DNA of 64,000 nt from Patescibacteria group bacterium (GTDB lineage Bacteria > Patescibacteriota > Patescibacteriia > UBA9570 > JAHJKD01), in NCBI GenBank assembly GCA_043798935.1, contig JAZDOC010000019.1, positions 74,322 through 138,321 of the forward strand. Direction: 5' to 3'. The notes beneath the pieces were generated by a model, which worked only from the letters and a program-made list of their open reading frames with translations, was not told the DNA's origin and ran no database searches. Position 1 is the stretch's first letter. Each line of letters starts with the position of its first letter. Both the position numbers and the translations under genes were made by a program. Positions 37,013 through 48,030 of the stretch are shown one piece after another.

Positions 37013-38953
37013 TTACCGCGAAAAATACCAATCCAAAACTTCATATACTGCTGGTAAAGCCGCTTCGGTTCCATCGCCACCTTCATCAATAATTGCAGTA
37101 ATTACTATCTCTGGATTATCATACGGAGCAAAGGCTGTAAACCAGGAATGATTTTTCCCATCACCGCCATGTTGGGCTGTACCGGTTTTTGCACCTGAAC
37201 TCACTGACAAATTAGTAAGCGCTTTAGCACTTCCCCATACTGCTGCAGCTTTCATGCCTTGTTTTACAATATTTAAATTTTGTTGATTAACAAAATTACT
37301 ATTTATCACTTGCTCGCCTATCATCTCTTGTACCTCACCAGTTTCATTCACAATTTCTTTTACTAAATGTGGTCGATACAATGTTCCACCATTAGCGATA
37401 ACAGCTGTGTAATCAGCAACTTGTAAAGGCGTTACTAAAATATCACCCTGCCCGATAGATGCATTATAAGTATCGCCAATATACCAATTTTCTGCTTTAA
37501 CGGTTTTCTTCCAGTCTTTAGTCGGCAAAAAACCAGTTTTCTCGCCGGCAATGTCGATACCGGAAATTATATTTAGTCCAAACAATTCGGCATAATGATC
37601 GATTCGCTCAATTCCTAGCCCCCCCGATACTAAATTAGTTGCCGCATCGTAATATCCTCCACCAGCCAAATAGAAAAAAGTATTTACCGATTCTGCAATA
37701 GCTTTAATGACATCTGTTTCTCCGTGTCCGCCAGCCTTCCAATCCGGAAAAAACCACTGATTAACCGGAATCCCTCCCGTACTATTTACGGTAGTATTCT
37801 TAGTAATTACATTTTCTTGTAATGCGGCCGAAGCAACAATCAATTTAAATGTCGAGCCCGACGGATATTCACCTGAAACCGCTTTATTATACAATGGTTT
37901 ATTTGGATCGTTTAATAATTTTTGATATGCATCATAATCAATACCATTAATAAAATCATTACTGTTAAAACCGGGCCAACTAACTAGTGCTAAAACTTCT
38001 CCATTTCTGGGATCAAGTGCTATAAGCGCTCCTCCTTTTGCATCCTGCTCATGGCTATATTTTTCAATCGCCTCGTAAGCCTTCTTTTGTAATTCCAAAT
38101 CAATTGATAGAATTAAATCATCTCCTGGTTCCGGATCTTTTTGAGCAATCACTTTTATCTCATTTCCGGAAGAATCCACTTCAACCTGCTTCTTACCATA
38201 TACTCCTTTTAGTGTAGATTCGTAATACGATTCAATACCAGATTTGCCAATATTATCGCTGTTTAAATATTCACCTTTTTCATATTCTTTAATTTCATCA
38301 ACATTGATTCGTCCGATATAACCCATAGCATGAGACATGGCCAACGGTTCAATGTACTCTCGTTTAGCAACCGGCAAACAATGCACACCTGATAAACTTG
38401 GTTCCAATATCATTAATTTTATAGCTTGATCATACTTTAAATTTGAAGCAATCTCTGTTTCACCCCACAGTGACCCAGCTGCAAGTTTTGATTTAATTTC
38501 ATTAATTTTAATATTTGTAATTGAATTCAATGCTTGAAAAATCTTCTTTTTTTGTTGAGCATCGCTGGGTAAATCGCCTTTTATTATTGTTAATGTAAAA
38601 TCAGGAATATTATTAACCAAAAGATTTCGATTGCGATCATAAATTAAACCACGTGGCGCGGCTATGGTTTCAATTCTAATGCGATTACCTTCAGCAACGC
38701 TCAAGTAATATTCTCCTTTATAAATTTGTAAATAACACAACCGACATAAAACCAAAATTACAACGCCAATAATAATAAATATTGCAATATTTGTTTTCCA
38801 TCGTGAAATAGATAAATTTAAAAATTCATCCTGTTCAATTTTTTTATATCCAATATCTCCAATTACGCTTTTTTTATAATAGATATTTAAATTAGTATCT
38901 TTGACATCGTCACTAAAAAAGAAATTTTTATTTGTGGGAATTTTATTTTTCAT
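37013..38953 (-). CDS. mrdA: penicillin-binding protein 2 (class B PBP, elongasome transpeptidase)
   Basis: 646 aa. N-terminal TM; SxxK (SGSTFK), SxN (ESVN) and KTG (AKTGTA) motifs. Immediately downstream of mreD. Confidence 0.9.
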   Translation of the reverse strand: MKNKIPTNKNFFFSDDVKDTNLNIYYKKSVIGDIGYKKIEQDEFLNLSISRWKTNIAIFIIIGVVILVLCRLCYLQIYKGEYYLSVAEGNRIRIETIAAPRGLIYDRNRNLLVNNIPDFTLTIIKGDLPSDAQQKKKIFQALNSITNIKINEIKSKLAAGSLWGETEIASNLKYDQAIKLMILEPSLSGVHCLPVAKREYIEPLAMSHAMGYIGRINVDEIKEYEKGEYLNSDNIGKSGIESYYESTLKGVYGKKQVEVDSSGNEIKVIAQKDPEPGDDLILSIDLELQKKAYEAIEKYSHEQDAKGGALIALDPRNGEVLALVSWPGFNSNDFINGIDYDAYQKLLNDPNKPLYNKAVSGEYPSGSTFKLIVASAALQENVITKNTTVNSTGGIPVNQWFFPDWKAGGHGETDVIKAIAESVNTFFYLAGGGYYDAATNLVSGGLGIERIDHYAELFGLNIISGIDIAGEKTGFLPTKDWKKTVKAENWYIGDTYNASIGQGDILVTPLQVADYTAVIANGGTLYRPHLVKEIVNETGEVQEMIGEQVINSNFVNQQNLNIVKQGMKAAAVWGSAKALTNLSVSSGAKTGTAQHGGDGKNHSWFTAFAPYDNPEIVITAIIDEGGDGTEAALPAVYEVLDWYFSR

Positions 38954-39452
38954 AAAAAATCATGTGCCGCTTTAAATAATTTCGAATCGAGTAAACAAAA
39001 ACTGTAGCCATTACATTTAACCCGCATTGCCAAAAAATATCAATGAAATAAATATGAAAAATATCGATCCCAAATCGAAATTGTTTTACAATATAGCTTA
39101 AAATTAGTAAATCAAAATTATAAAAAACAATCACTAGAATAATCAGTAATAATATCGACCAGATAGAATTATATGATATTGTGTGCTTAGCTAATAAATA
39201 AACCGTTATAACAGCTAAAAACAAAGATGTTGTAATTAAACCAAAATTCAAACCAGAATATATATCTAAATATATTCCTGATATCAGTGTTAATACTAAA
39301 CCATATGTAAATGAATTATAGAGCATGCAAGCGATGACAAAGGCACTTACCAAGTTCATTTTATTTGCCCATAATCCAACACTACCAAAACTAGTTTGAA
39401 TAATTAATAAACTTATAAAAATTAATAAATATAAAATATTTCGTCGCCACAT
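38943..39452 (-). CDS. mreD: rod shape-determining protein MreD
   Basis: 169-aa polytopic membrane protein between mreC and pbp2. Confidence 0.6.
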   Translation of the reverse strand: MWRRNILYLLIFISLLIIQTSFGSVGLWANKMNLVSAFVIACMLYNSFTYGLVLTLISGIYLDIYSGLNFGLITTSLFLAVITVYLLAKHTISYNSIWSILLLIILVIVFYNFDLLILSYIVKQFRFGIDIFHIYFIDIFWQCGLNVMATVFVYSIRNYLKRHMIFYEK

Positions 39453-39458
39453 ATAAAA

Positions 39459-40256
39459 TTATTTTACAATCGACACTACTGATAAACGACTAAAATCGAT
39501 AAGTGGGATAATATCGGCTTCCTTGAACAAATCGCCAGGTTTTTCTGTAATATTTTCAATTTGACCAATAATTAATCCTTTGGGAATATTATTCTCTATG
39601 CCCGAAGTAATAACAATTGATTTATCAGTAATTTCATCTTGTTTTGGAATTAATTCCATGGCCATACTCAACCCATGCTTCCCTTTTATAATCCCAGGCG
39701 TATTTAACTCGTTTTCAATTTGTGCAGCAATTTCACTAACATTACTAGTAATCAATAAAACTTTAGCAGTATTAGCTGATACTTCGTCTATTTTACCGAT
39801 CAAAACTCCATTTCCAGCGATGACCGGAAAGCCAACTTTAATGCCTACGTTTTCGCCTTGGTTAATGACCACAATTTGCTTGTTCGACCCACTATATTTA
39901 CTAATAATTTTTGCAGTTTGGTATGATAATTGATTATCTTCTAAAAAAGTAATCTGCTGTTTTAAAATTTCATTTTCGTCTATATATGTTTCTAGTTCAG
40001 AATTCTTTTTAACTAAATCATTAACATCTTGTTTAAGCTGATTGTTTTCAGAAATTAATTCATTTTTATCATAGAGCGTTTCACTATCAGATAAATATAT
40101 ACTAAATCGATACAAAGGAACTTGTAAAGGTTTTAATGCGGAAGTCAATAGGCCTTCAACAGGTTTTAAAATATTTATGTAATGTAAAACAATAAACAGT
40201 ATAATGACAACTGAAAAAATGACAATTTTTGCCCAGACTGATCGTTCATTATACAT
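39459..40256 (-). CDS. mreC: rod shape-determining protein MreC
   Basis: 265 aa. N-terminal TM, coiled-coil, C-terminal beta domain. Directly downstream of mreB. Confidence 0.75.
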   Translation of the reverse strand: MYNERSVWAKIVIFSVVIILFIVLHYINILKPVEGLLTSALKPLQVPLYRFSIYLSDSETLYDKNELISENNQLKQDVNDLVKKNSELETYIDENEILKQQITFLEDNQLSYQTAKIISKYSGSNKQIVVINQGENVGIKVGFPVIAGNGVLIGKIDEVSANTAKVLLITSNVSEIAAQIENELNTPGIIKGKHGLSMAMELIPKQDEITDKSIVITSGIENNIPKGLIIGQIENITEKPGDLFKEADIIPLIDFSRLSVVSIVK

Positions 40257-40258
40257 AA

Positions 40259-41311
40259 TTAATCTAAAATATTACCTTCGCTGGTTAAGGACAATGCATT
40301 TTTAAACAATTCCATGTCTTCTAAAACAATTCCGGTTCCTCGAACAACAGCCGTTAATGGATCGTCAACTATTTTTACAGGTACTTGAGTGGCGCGTTCG
40401 ATCCTAATGTCTAACCCGGTTAGCAAGGCTCCGCCACCAGATAAAACCAGTCCTCTTTCAAAAATGTCGGCTACTAATTCGGGAGGTGTAGATTCAATAG
40501 TAGATTTAACATTATCAATAATAGTATTAATTGTTTTATTCATGGCTTCGTGAACATGTTCATTATTGATTGTAATTTCCTTCGGTAAACCAGTTAATAA
40601 GTCTCGACCTTTTGCCGTAGTTTCAATTATTTCAGTTTGTTCAATAACATTTCCAATTTTAATTTTAATATCTTCAGCAGTTCGCTCTCCTATTAATAAA
40701 TTGAATTTATCGCGGCAATAATTAATAATATCCTGATTTAATTCATCTCCGGCTAATCGTAAAGACCGCCAATTAACTACACCACCTAATGAAATTACAG
40801 CAATTTCTGTTGTACCTCCGCCAATATCAATTATCATGTTACCAATCGATTCCTGTACTGGCAGCCTGGCGCCAATCGCTGCGGCCATGGGTTCTTCGAT
40901 TAAAAAAACTTGTCGGGCACCGGCGTTTAAAGCTGCGTCTTCAGCGGCTTTTCTTTCGACTTCGGTAACGCCAAGCGGAATTGCCATAACTACTCGCGGA
41001 CGCGGTAAAAAATTTGCTGATTCGCGATGTACCTTTTCGATAAAATGTTTCATCATTTTTTCAGCAGCTTCAAAATCTGAAACCACGCCGTCGGCTAAAG
41101 GTTTAATAGCCACAATATATGGGGGTGTTTTACCAATCATTTTTCTAGCTTCTTCCCCCACTGCTAAAATTTGATCAGTTCGCTGATTAATTGCCACAAT
41201 AGACGGTTCATTAATAACAATACCACGATCTTTTGTGTAAACCAAAGTATTGGCCGTTCCTAAATCAATACCCAAATCTTTTGAAAATCTGCCTAAGAAA
41301 CCTTTAAACAT
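40259..41311 (-). CDS. mreB: rod shape-determining protein MreB (actin homolog)
   Basis: 350 aa with the actin-fold phosphate-1 block GIDLGTANTLVY. Its 5' end overlaps the proS stop by 19 nt. Confidence 0.95.
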   Translation of the reverse strand: MFKGFLGRFSKDLGIDLGTANTLVYTKDRGIVINEPSIVAINQRTDQILAVGEEARKMIGKTPPYIVAIKPLADGVVSDFEAAEKMMKHFIEKVHRESANFLPRPRVVMAIPLGVTEVERKAAEDAALNAGARQVFLIEEPMAAAIGARLPVQESIGNMIIDIGGGTTEIAVISLGGVVNWRSLRLAGDELNQDIINYCRDKFNLLIGERTAEDIKIKIGNVIEQTEIIETTAKGRDLLTGLPKEITINNEHVHEAMNKTINTIIDNVKSTIESTPPELVADIFERGLVLSGGGALLTGLDIRIERATQVPVKIVDDPLTAVVRGTGIVLEDMELFKNALSLTSEGNILD

Positions 41312-42972
41312 TTTGTAATAATTTCATTTAATGATAATAATTCGCATTTCTCGCTATCTCTTCTTTTAAATTCTATTTGTTCGCCATTTTTAGGAGAAAC
41401 AACTAATCTAACTGGAATTCCGATTAAATCTGCATCTTTAAATTTCGCTCCGGCTGATTCATTTCGGTCATCATATAATACTTCTAAACCAGCATTTTGT
41501 AAAGCCTCATATATCTCATCAGACTGAATACAATCTTTATTCAAATTAACTAAATGAACTTGAAAAGGGGCAATTTCAAAAGGCCAAAGCATGCCTTTAT
41601 CATTAGCAAACTTTTCCACAATGGTAGCTAAAGTGCGCCCTACTCCGATTCCATAACAACCCATATAATAAAATTTTTCACGTCCTTCTTTATCCATAAA
41701 AGTAGCATTCATTTTTTTACTATAATGATAACCTAATTGAAAAATATTGCCTACTTCTATACCTTTGGCTTCATTTAAAACTTCTCCGTTTTCGCTAACG
41801 CAACCGTTAAATGCCATAGCAATATCACCTTCAAAATTTACAGTAAAATCTCGATCAATATTAATATTAATTAAATCGACATTCTTCTTATTAGCGCCAC
41901 CATAAGCATTTTTGATAGTTCGCAAAGAATCATCAGCCACCACAATTACATCTTTATTTATTTTTACCGGTGAAATAAATCCTGGCACACTGCCAATTTC
42001 TCTAATTTCATAATCAGTCGCATGACGTAAAGAATGAGCTTGAACAATATGCTTTAATTTAGTTTCGTTAACATCATAGTCGCCTCGAATAACAGCTAGA
42101 ATCATTCTGTTTTTATCATCGACAAACATAACATCTTTGATTTGTTGCCACAAAGGCAAATTATGAAATTTTACACCATCATCCATGCTATTGCCTCTTT
42201 CGGCTATTATCTCTTTCATGGGTAAAATATTTTCTTCCAAATTCTTATTATCTTTAACAAATTTTGCCACGTCTTCATGTGCTGCATACGACATACTACT
42301 AGTCATCAAAAATCGACTTTCGCCAATATCGCTAATTACTATGAATTCATGGCAATAATCGCCGCCAATATAGCCATTGTCGGATTCAACCACAATAGTT
42401 TCTAAGCCTAAACGCTTAAAAACTTTAGTATATGTTTGGCGCATTTTTTCATATTCAATAGCAAAATCTTTTTCATCAGCATGAAAAGAATAAGCATCTT
42501 TCATTAAAAATTCGCGCACTCTCAGTAATCCGGCTCGGGCACGCAACTCATCTCTGAATTTCTGCGAAAATTGATAAATATTAAATGGTAAATCTTTATA
42601 GCTAATTGTAAATTTTCTGACTAAATCAACCATCATTTCTTCAGCTGTACCACCTAAAACAAATTCAGCTCGAGATCGATCTTTTACCTTCATTAATTCA
42701 AACCCAACTGAATCGGTTCGATTTGTTTCTTTCCATAACTCAATTGGATGTAATACGGGTGTAATCATTTTTAAAGCACCGGTCGAATCCATTTCTTGTT
42801 CAATTACTTTTACTATTTTATCTTGAACACGCATACCAAGTGGTAAAAAATAATATCGTCCGGCGGTAGATTCACGTATAAAGCCGGCTTGGTATAATAA
42901 TTTATAACTCAAAACTTTGATATCCTTTGGAATCGACTTTGTTGTTTTAGTAAACAGCCTTGATTGACGCAT
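41293..42972 (-). CDS. proS: prolyl-tRNA synthetase (bacterial type)
   Basis: 559 aa. Class II motifs plus the bacterial insertion/editing domain. Confidence 0.95.
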   Translation of the reverse strand: MRQSRLFTKTTKSIPKDIKVLSYKLLYQAGFIRESTAGRYYFLPLGMRVQDKIVKVIEQEMDSTGALKMITPVLHPIELWKETNRTDSVGFELMKVKDRSRAEFVLGGTAEEMMVDLVRKFTISYKDLPFNIYQFSQKFRDELRARAGLLRVREFLMKDAYSFHADEKDFAIEYEKMRQTYTKVFKRLGLETIVVESDNGYIGGDYCHEFIVISDIGESRFLMTSSMSYAAHEDVAKFVKDNKNLEENILPMKEIIAERGNSMDDGVKFHNLPLWQQIKDVMFVDDKNRMILAVIRGDYDVNETKLKHIVQAHSLRHATDYEIREIGSVPGFISPVKINKDVIVVADDSLRTIKNAYGGANKKNVDLININIDRDFTVNFEGDIAMAFNGCVSENGEVLNEAKGIEVGNIFQLGYHYSKKMNATFMDKEGREKFYYMGCYGIGVGRTLATIVEKFANDKGMLWPFEIAPFQVHLVNLNKDCIQSDEIYEALQNAGLEVLYDDRNESAGAKFKDADLIGIPVRLVVSPKNGEQIEFKRRDSEKCELLSLNEIITKCLKVS

Positions 42973-42975
42973 AAT

Positions 42976-44103
42976 TTAAATAAATATATTTTTAATAAAG
43001 GTTAAAAAGTGAAATTGCGCCACATCTTTAAAAGTGACAATTACAATTAATAATAACAACAAATAAAATCCAAGATTATGAATAATCATTTCTATTTTTT
43101 GATTTACTGGGCTACCTTTTATTTTTTCAATTATTAAAAAAAATAAACGACCACCATCTAAAGCTGGAATTGGTAAAAGGTTAAAAATAGCAAGATTGAT
43201 AGATAATAAAGCTGTAAATTGAAGTAAATAAATAAAACCCATTTTTGCCATTTCGCTGGTCATTACAGCAATTCCAATAGGTCCGGAAAAAGCTGTTTCA
43301 GACTTCACATCTGAAACTAAACTGACTAATAATTGATACAGAGCCTGAAAAATTAACCCGGTTAATTTCACCGTGTAGGCAAAGCCCTGATAAATTGCTT
43401 GATACCATGGATAAGAAACCATTCCCGTTTCCACTAAAGCAACTCCTATACCCGGCTCATTGGTAGCTGAAATAACTTCAATGTTTATATCTTTAGTAAT
43501 AACTTCCGATTCTCTCTCGATGTCTATTGAAATAGTCTGCTTTTCTTTAACAGCATTTTTAAAATCATTTATAGAAACAATCTTTTCACCATCAACACCG
43601 ACTATTTTATCATTAGGTTGTAAATCAGCGATTTGCGCCGGTGACGCATCTAATACGCTACTAATTGCTATCCCTGGATTATTTATAATGGCATTTTCAG
43701 GAGCATTATCTATTGCAGCCGGCAAACCAATCATAAATCCGATTGAAAATAAAACAGCCGCCAGTAAAAAATTCATTATTACACCTGCAATTAAAATACT
43801 AAAACGCACTCCGACGCTTTTATTCATGAAACTATCGTCATCATTTTCATAATTTTCATTCGATGATCCCTCTTCCGCACCAACTACACCTTTAATTCTT
43901 ACAAAACCGCCAACCGGAATCCAGTTCAGTGAATACATAGTTTTACCTTTTTGAATACCTAAAATTTTTGGCGGATAACCAAAACCAAATTCTTCTACCC
44001 CAACTTTGAATAATTTTGCAATTCCAAAATGACCCAGTTCATGAACAAAAACTAATATTCCTAAAATAACAACGAAAATAATAATTGTAAAAATAATATT
44101 CAT
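42976..44103 (-). CDS. rseP: RIP zinc metalloprotease RseP (site-2 protease)
   Basis: 375 aa. HELGHF in TM1, a PDZ domain and a C-terminal LDGG block. Confidence 0.9.
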   Translation of the reverse strand: MNIIFTIIIFVVILGILVFVHELGHFGIAKLFKVGVEEFGFGYPPKILGIQKGKTMYSLNWIPVGGFVRIKGVVGAEEGSSNENYENDDDSFMNKSVGVRFSILIAGVIMNFLLAAVLFSIGFMIGLPAAIDNAPENAIINNPGIAISSVLDASPAQIADLQPNDKIVGVDGEKIVSINDFKNAVKEKQTISIDIERESEVITKDINIEVISATNEPGIGVALVETGMVSYPWYQAIYQGFAYTVKLTGLIFQALYQLLVSLVSDVKSETAFSGPIGIAVMTSEMAKMGFIYLLQFTALLSINLAIFNLLPIPALDGGRLFFLIIEKIKGSPVNQKIEMIIHNLGFYLLLLLIVIVTFKDVAQFHFLTFIKNIFI

Positions 44104-44110
44104 GTATTAA

Positions 44111-44647
44111 TTAAACCTTTAATAAATCGCATTCTTTTTTCTCGGCGATTTGTTTAATTTTATCATGATACTCATCGACTGTGGTTTGGAGTTCTTTTTC
44201 CATTCTAAATCTCTCGTCTTCAGAAATATCTTTATCTTTTTCCTGTTGTTTATATCCCCGAATTATTTCTTCACGCGATGTTTTTATTTTAATTTTTGCT
44301 TCTTCAACTTTATGGTACATAATTTTCACTAACTCTTTACGTTTTTCTTCGGTTAAAGGCGGAAAATTAATTCTTATAATTTTTCCTTCAACTACTGGAT
44401 TCAAATCTAGATTTGCTTCATAGATCGCTTTTTCAATGGCTTTTATAACACTTTGATCCCATGGTGAAATGGTAAGGGTTTGCGGTTCTGGAGCGTTTAT
44501 TGAAGCTAACTGATTAAGCGGCGTAAAAGCTCCATAGGCTTCAACTTTAATGTTTTCAACCAAATTGGGCATGGCTCTACCAGTACGCAAATTAGACAAC
44601 TCTTTTTCCAGAAAAATAATTATTTTTTCAAATTCTTCTCGTTCCAT
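44111..44647 (-). CDS. frr: ribosome recycling factor
   Basis: 178 aa with full-length RRF similarity. Confidence 0.95.
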   Translation of the reverse strand: MEREEFEKIIIFLEKELSNLRTGRAMPNLVENIKVEAYGAFTPLNQLASINAPEPQTLTISPWDQSVIKAIEKAIYEANLDLNPVVEGKIIRINFPPLTEEKRKELVKIMYHKVEEAKIKIKTSREEIIRGYKQQEKDKDISEDERFRMEKELQTTVDEYHDKIKQIAEKKECDLLKV

Positions 44648-44666
44648 ATGTTTTATATTTTAAAAA

Positions 44667-45821
44667 TTACGTTTTAATTAAACCACCTTTTTCTTCCGGA
44701 ATCTCGATACCCGTGTAGAGCGTTGATGGCTCATAGGGATTAATCACTAATGTTTTAATTAACTTTGTAGAAGGAAAATTCTCGATTACCTTCCAATTGC
44801 CACCGCTATTGGTACTTTTATGGATTTTATCCGTGCCACTGATTGTAAAATACATAATTCGAGAATCCAAAGCATCCATGTTTAAATTAATTATTTTATC
44901 GTTTTCTTTATCATCGAGTGGAATTAATGTTTTCATTTCAACCCAACTAGCACCTTCATTGGTTGATTTTAATAAACCATGGCGCGTGACCATATAAATA
45001 CTATTTGGTTCCTGCGGAAAAATAAACATATTTTTCGCAGTTTTTCCGGTCGGCCATTTATCTTTGTGTTCTTTAGTAATTATATTAGTCCAAGCGTTGT
45101 TAACGATTAACTCTGACTCATCTTGATTATCGACATTTTCATCGCTCACAATTAATTCACCGCCGGTTGTGGTTTTATAAATATCCCCGTCCTGTGTTAA
45201 GGCATATAAAATTCTAGTATCTCGGTCGCGCATGTACAAATTCTTTATTTCACTATCTAATTGCAACTTAATTTCCCAATTTACACCTTGATCAACTGAT
45301 TTGTAAACGATGCCACTATCGGATACGGCATATATTTTATGCGGATCATAAGTATCAATAATTACCTGGTTAAACTTATTTTTTTTAGTATCCGTATGAA
45401 CAGTTTCCCAATTAGCACCTCCATCAACAGTTCTAATGATGTAATAATCTTTGGCCGCATATAAAATATTTCTATCTATTGGATCAATATCGATACTATA
45501 AATGTTTCCAGTAGTTAATCCGGTGGCTTCCCAGTTTTCGCCACCATTTTTAGTAACTACAATCCCCGCTCCCATAGTACCAGCATAAACAACATTACTG
45601 TCGTTTTTATCGAATTCAAAACAAGTAATATTTAATTCACTGATAGTGTAAACTTTTCGTTTAACTTTACTAATAAAAGTTTTTTGTTCCCATGTTTCAC
45701 CCTGGTCAGTCGATTTATAAACACCACCATCTTTAGGTTTGCTGCTACAACCGCTACAACTGGCGCCTAGCGTAATTAACATCATAAAAATTGCAAATAG
45801 ATACAATATTTTTTTATTCAT
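44667..45821 (-). CDS. BNR/Asp-box repeat lipoprotein (Ycf48/sortilin-like beta-propeller)
   Basis: 384 aa. Lipobox LGASCSGC. At least six S/T-x-D/N-x-G-x-x-W repeats (STDQGETWE, TKNGGENWE, TVDGGANWE, SVDQGVNWE, STNEGASWV, STNSGGNWK). Confidence 0.7.
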   Translation of the reverse strand: MNKKILYLFAIFMMLITLGASCSGCSSKPKDGGVYKSTDQGETWEQKTFISKVKRKVYTISELNITCFEFDKNDSNVVYAGTMGAGIVVTKNGGENWEATGLTTGNIYSIDIDPIDRNILYAAKDYYIIRTVDGGANWETVHTDTKKNKFNQVIIDTYDPHKIYAVSDSGIVYKSVDQGVNWEIKLQLDSEIKNLYMRDRDTRILYALTQDGDIYKTTTGGELIVSDENVDNQDESELIVNNAWTNIITKEHKDKWPTGKTAKNMFIFPQEPNSIYMVTRHGLLKSTNEGASWVEMKTLIPLDDKENDKIINLNMDALDSRIMYFTISGTDKIHKSTNSGGNWKVIENFPSTKLIKTLVINPYEPSTLYTGIEIPEEKGGLIKT

Positions 45822-45825
45822 AAAT

Positions 45826-46818
45826 TTATAAATTATTTATTATTAAATTTTCAAACCACAATTTATAATTTTTATTTACACTCTGTGATCGGGTTTTTTC
45901 TAACAAAGAAATCATATTATTAATTTTAGAGTTAGAGTATTTTTCCGATACGGCTTGAATTTTCTGATTAGCGAAATAATTTATTATTAAATCTGCTTGA
46001 TTATTTTTTTGAAGTAATAAGTCGCGCCACAAACTGATCCAAGTATTAATTAAATTTACAGCTTGAGTGGCTTCAATTTTTTTATATTTAATTTCAAACA
46101 TTTTTAATTTTGCCGTACAATTATTTTTCTCTAATAAACTTAATGTCCATTGTATAAGTTCTTCATAATCAACTAATTTATTTTTTTTGGTGAAAAAATC
46201 TTGCATCACGAGTGGTAAACCATTTGCCAAACGACATAAAGTTTCTAATTGACTTTCATCATAAATATCTTTTTTCAATGCAACGAATATATCCTTTTTA
46301 GCTACTGGTAAAAATTTTATTATCTGACAGCGAGAAATTATAGTTAGCGGTAAAGAATTGAAATTTTCAGCGAGCAATATAATAATTTGCTTTTTCCCAG
46401 GTTCTTCCAAAGTTTTTAAAATTGCATTAGCGGCTTGAATATTAATATTGTGTGCTTGTCTGATAATTACTATTTGCCATGAATTTCCAAATGATTTTCG
46501 GCTTAACTCTTTAATAATGCTTCGAACTTGTTCAATGCCGATATTTTGAGTTTTACGGTTTTTTAAAGGTTCAATAATATGAAAATGGGGATGAATATTT
46601 TTTTTAAACTGTCGGCAATTAATGCATTTACCACATGGTTTCTTCTCATCTTTACCATTGCATAATATAATATTGGCAAATTGCTTGGCCAGCTTAAACT
46701 TCCCTAAATTTTTCAAACCCACAAAAACATAAGCATGGCTTATTTTACCAGATTCTATCTGTTTTTGCAAGTATGTTCGTTGTTTAAAATGACCAATTAA
46801 ATCCCATTTATATTTCAT
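45826..46818 (-). CDS. holB: DNA polymerase III delta' subunit
   Basis: 330 aa. AAA+ clamp-loader fold with a degenerate P-loop (HAYVFVGLKNLGKFKLA) and a Zn module CGKCINC. Overlaps the GT4 stop by 4 nt. Confidence 0.75.
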   Translation of the reverse strand: MKYKWDLIGHFKQRTYLQKQIESGKISHAYVFVGLKNLGKFKLAKQFANIILCNGKDEKKPCGKCINCRQFKKNIHPHFHIIEPLKNRKTQNIGIEQVRSIIKELSRKSFGNSWQIVIIRQAHNINIQAANAILKTLEEPGKKQIIILLAENFNSLPLTIISRCQIIKFLPVAKKDIFVALKKDIYDESQLETLCRLANGLPLVMQDFFTKKNKLVDYEELIQWTLSLLEKNNCTAKLKMFEIKYKKIEATQAVNLINTWISLWRDLLLQKNNQADLIINYFANQKIQAVSEKYSNSKINNMISLLEKTRSQSVNKNYKLWFENLIINNL

Positions 46819-48029
46819 AAAAATTTTTCAATGCACTGCCAAGTTTCTTGGGCACATTTTTGATAAGAATATTTTTTTACTATTTGCTGTCCATTTTTAA
46901 CATTTATTTGTTTATTAAAGTTATCATTAATGGTTTCATTAATAACTTGGGCTATTTCATTCGGATTATTTGGATCAAAATAATTTACAGAATTACCAGC
47001 AATTTCAATTAATGGCTCTATATTAGAGCACACTACTGGCGTACCCGCGGCCAATGCTTCAAGCACTGGAATGCCAAACCCCTCATAAAATGACGGCAAA
47101 ACAAATAAATCCGCCAAATTCATAATTGTGTTCATGTCTTTTTGATCCACGTATCCTGGTTCAATAATCTGATCTTTTAACTTTAATTCAAATATTTTTG
47201 CTTCAATGTCTTCATATCCGTACCCGATTGACCCCAGAAGCACCAAATAATGCGGTTGCTTATATTTTTCAACAAACAATTTATATGCCGAAACAAGATT
47301 GACCAAATTTTTCTTTTGCTCCAGGCGCCCCGTAAATAAAATATAAGGAGTTTTTATTTTATATTTTTCTAAAATAGAACAATATTTTTCTGATGTTTTG
47401 TTTTGGAATCGGAAAAATGAATGCTTATCGAAACCATTATATACAACAGTAATGTTTTGTTTTGGACATCTGTAAAATTCGTGTATTTCTTTTTTGGAAA
47501 AATTTGAAACTGTAATAATCTGAGTAGCGTGCTTAACGGCATAGCGCATAGCCCAACGATGGTAATCAAGTTCGGAAATATTATATTGTCCTAGCGTTGC
47601 AATGCGCACTAATAATTTTAAAATATTTTTCAAAAAAGAATTATTTTTTATAACATCTTTTTGTTCATACAAATTTTTCATTCGCTCAAATCCAATATCA
47701 TGAGCCACTAAAATTGTTCGGCGAGGATGAATCAGTGGAATGGTATGAGCCGGCACAAAAAGCAATTTTGGCCTTGACCAAAATTTTAGCATTTCAATCG
47801 ATAAGCGAATTTGCGTCCATAAAAATTTAGGTGGCCATGTTAAAACTGCGCTACTCCAATTAACTGGTAATTCTTCCAAACCATTACGCAATGGTTCTTT
47901 GGAGTATAAAACTACTTTATAATTTGAAGGTATTGTTTTTTTTAACTCTTGAATCAAAAAAAATGAGTACCACTCGGTACCGGTTTTCTTTTCTAAATTT
48001 GCTCTGGAGGCATCAATGCCTATTAACAT
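46815..48029 (-). CDS. family-4 glycosyltransferase (GT-B)
   Basis: 404 aa with the GT4 C-terminal block EGFGIPVLEALAAGTPVVCS. Confidence 0.8.
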   Translation of the reverse strand: MLIGIDASRANLEKKTGTEWYSFFLIQELKKTIPSNYKVVLYSKEPLRNGLEELPVNWSSAVLTWPPKFLWTQIRLSIEMLKFWSRPKLLFVPAHTIPLIHPRRTILVAHDIGFERMKNLYEQKDVIKNNSFLKNILKLLVRIATLGQYNISELDYHRWAMRYAVKHATQIITVSNFSKKEIHEFYRCPKQNITVVYNGFDKHSFFRFQNKTSEKYCSILEKYKIKTPYILFTGRLEQKKNLVNLVSAYKLFVEKYKQPHYLVLLGSIGYGYEDIEAKIFELKLKDQIIEPGYVDQKDMNTIMNLADLFVLPSFYEGFGIPVLEALAAGTPVVCSNIEPLIEIAGNSVNYFDPNNPNEIAQVINETINDNFNKQINVKNGQQIVKKYSYQKCAQETWQCIEKFL

Positions 48030-48030
48030 G

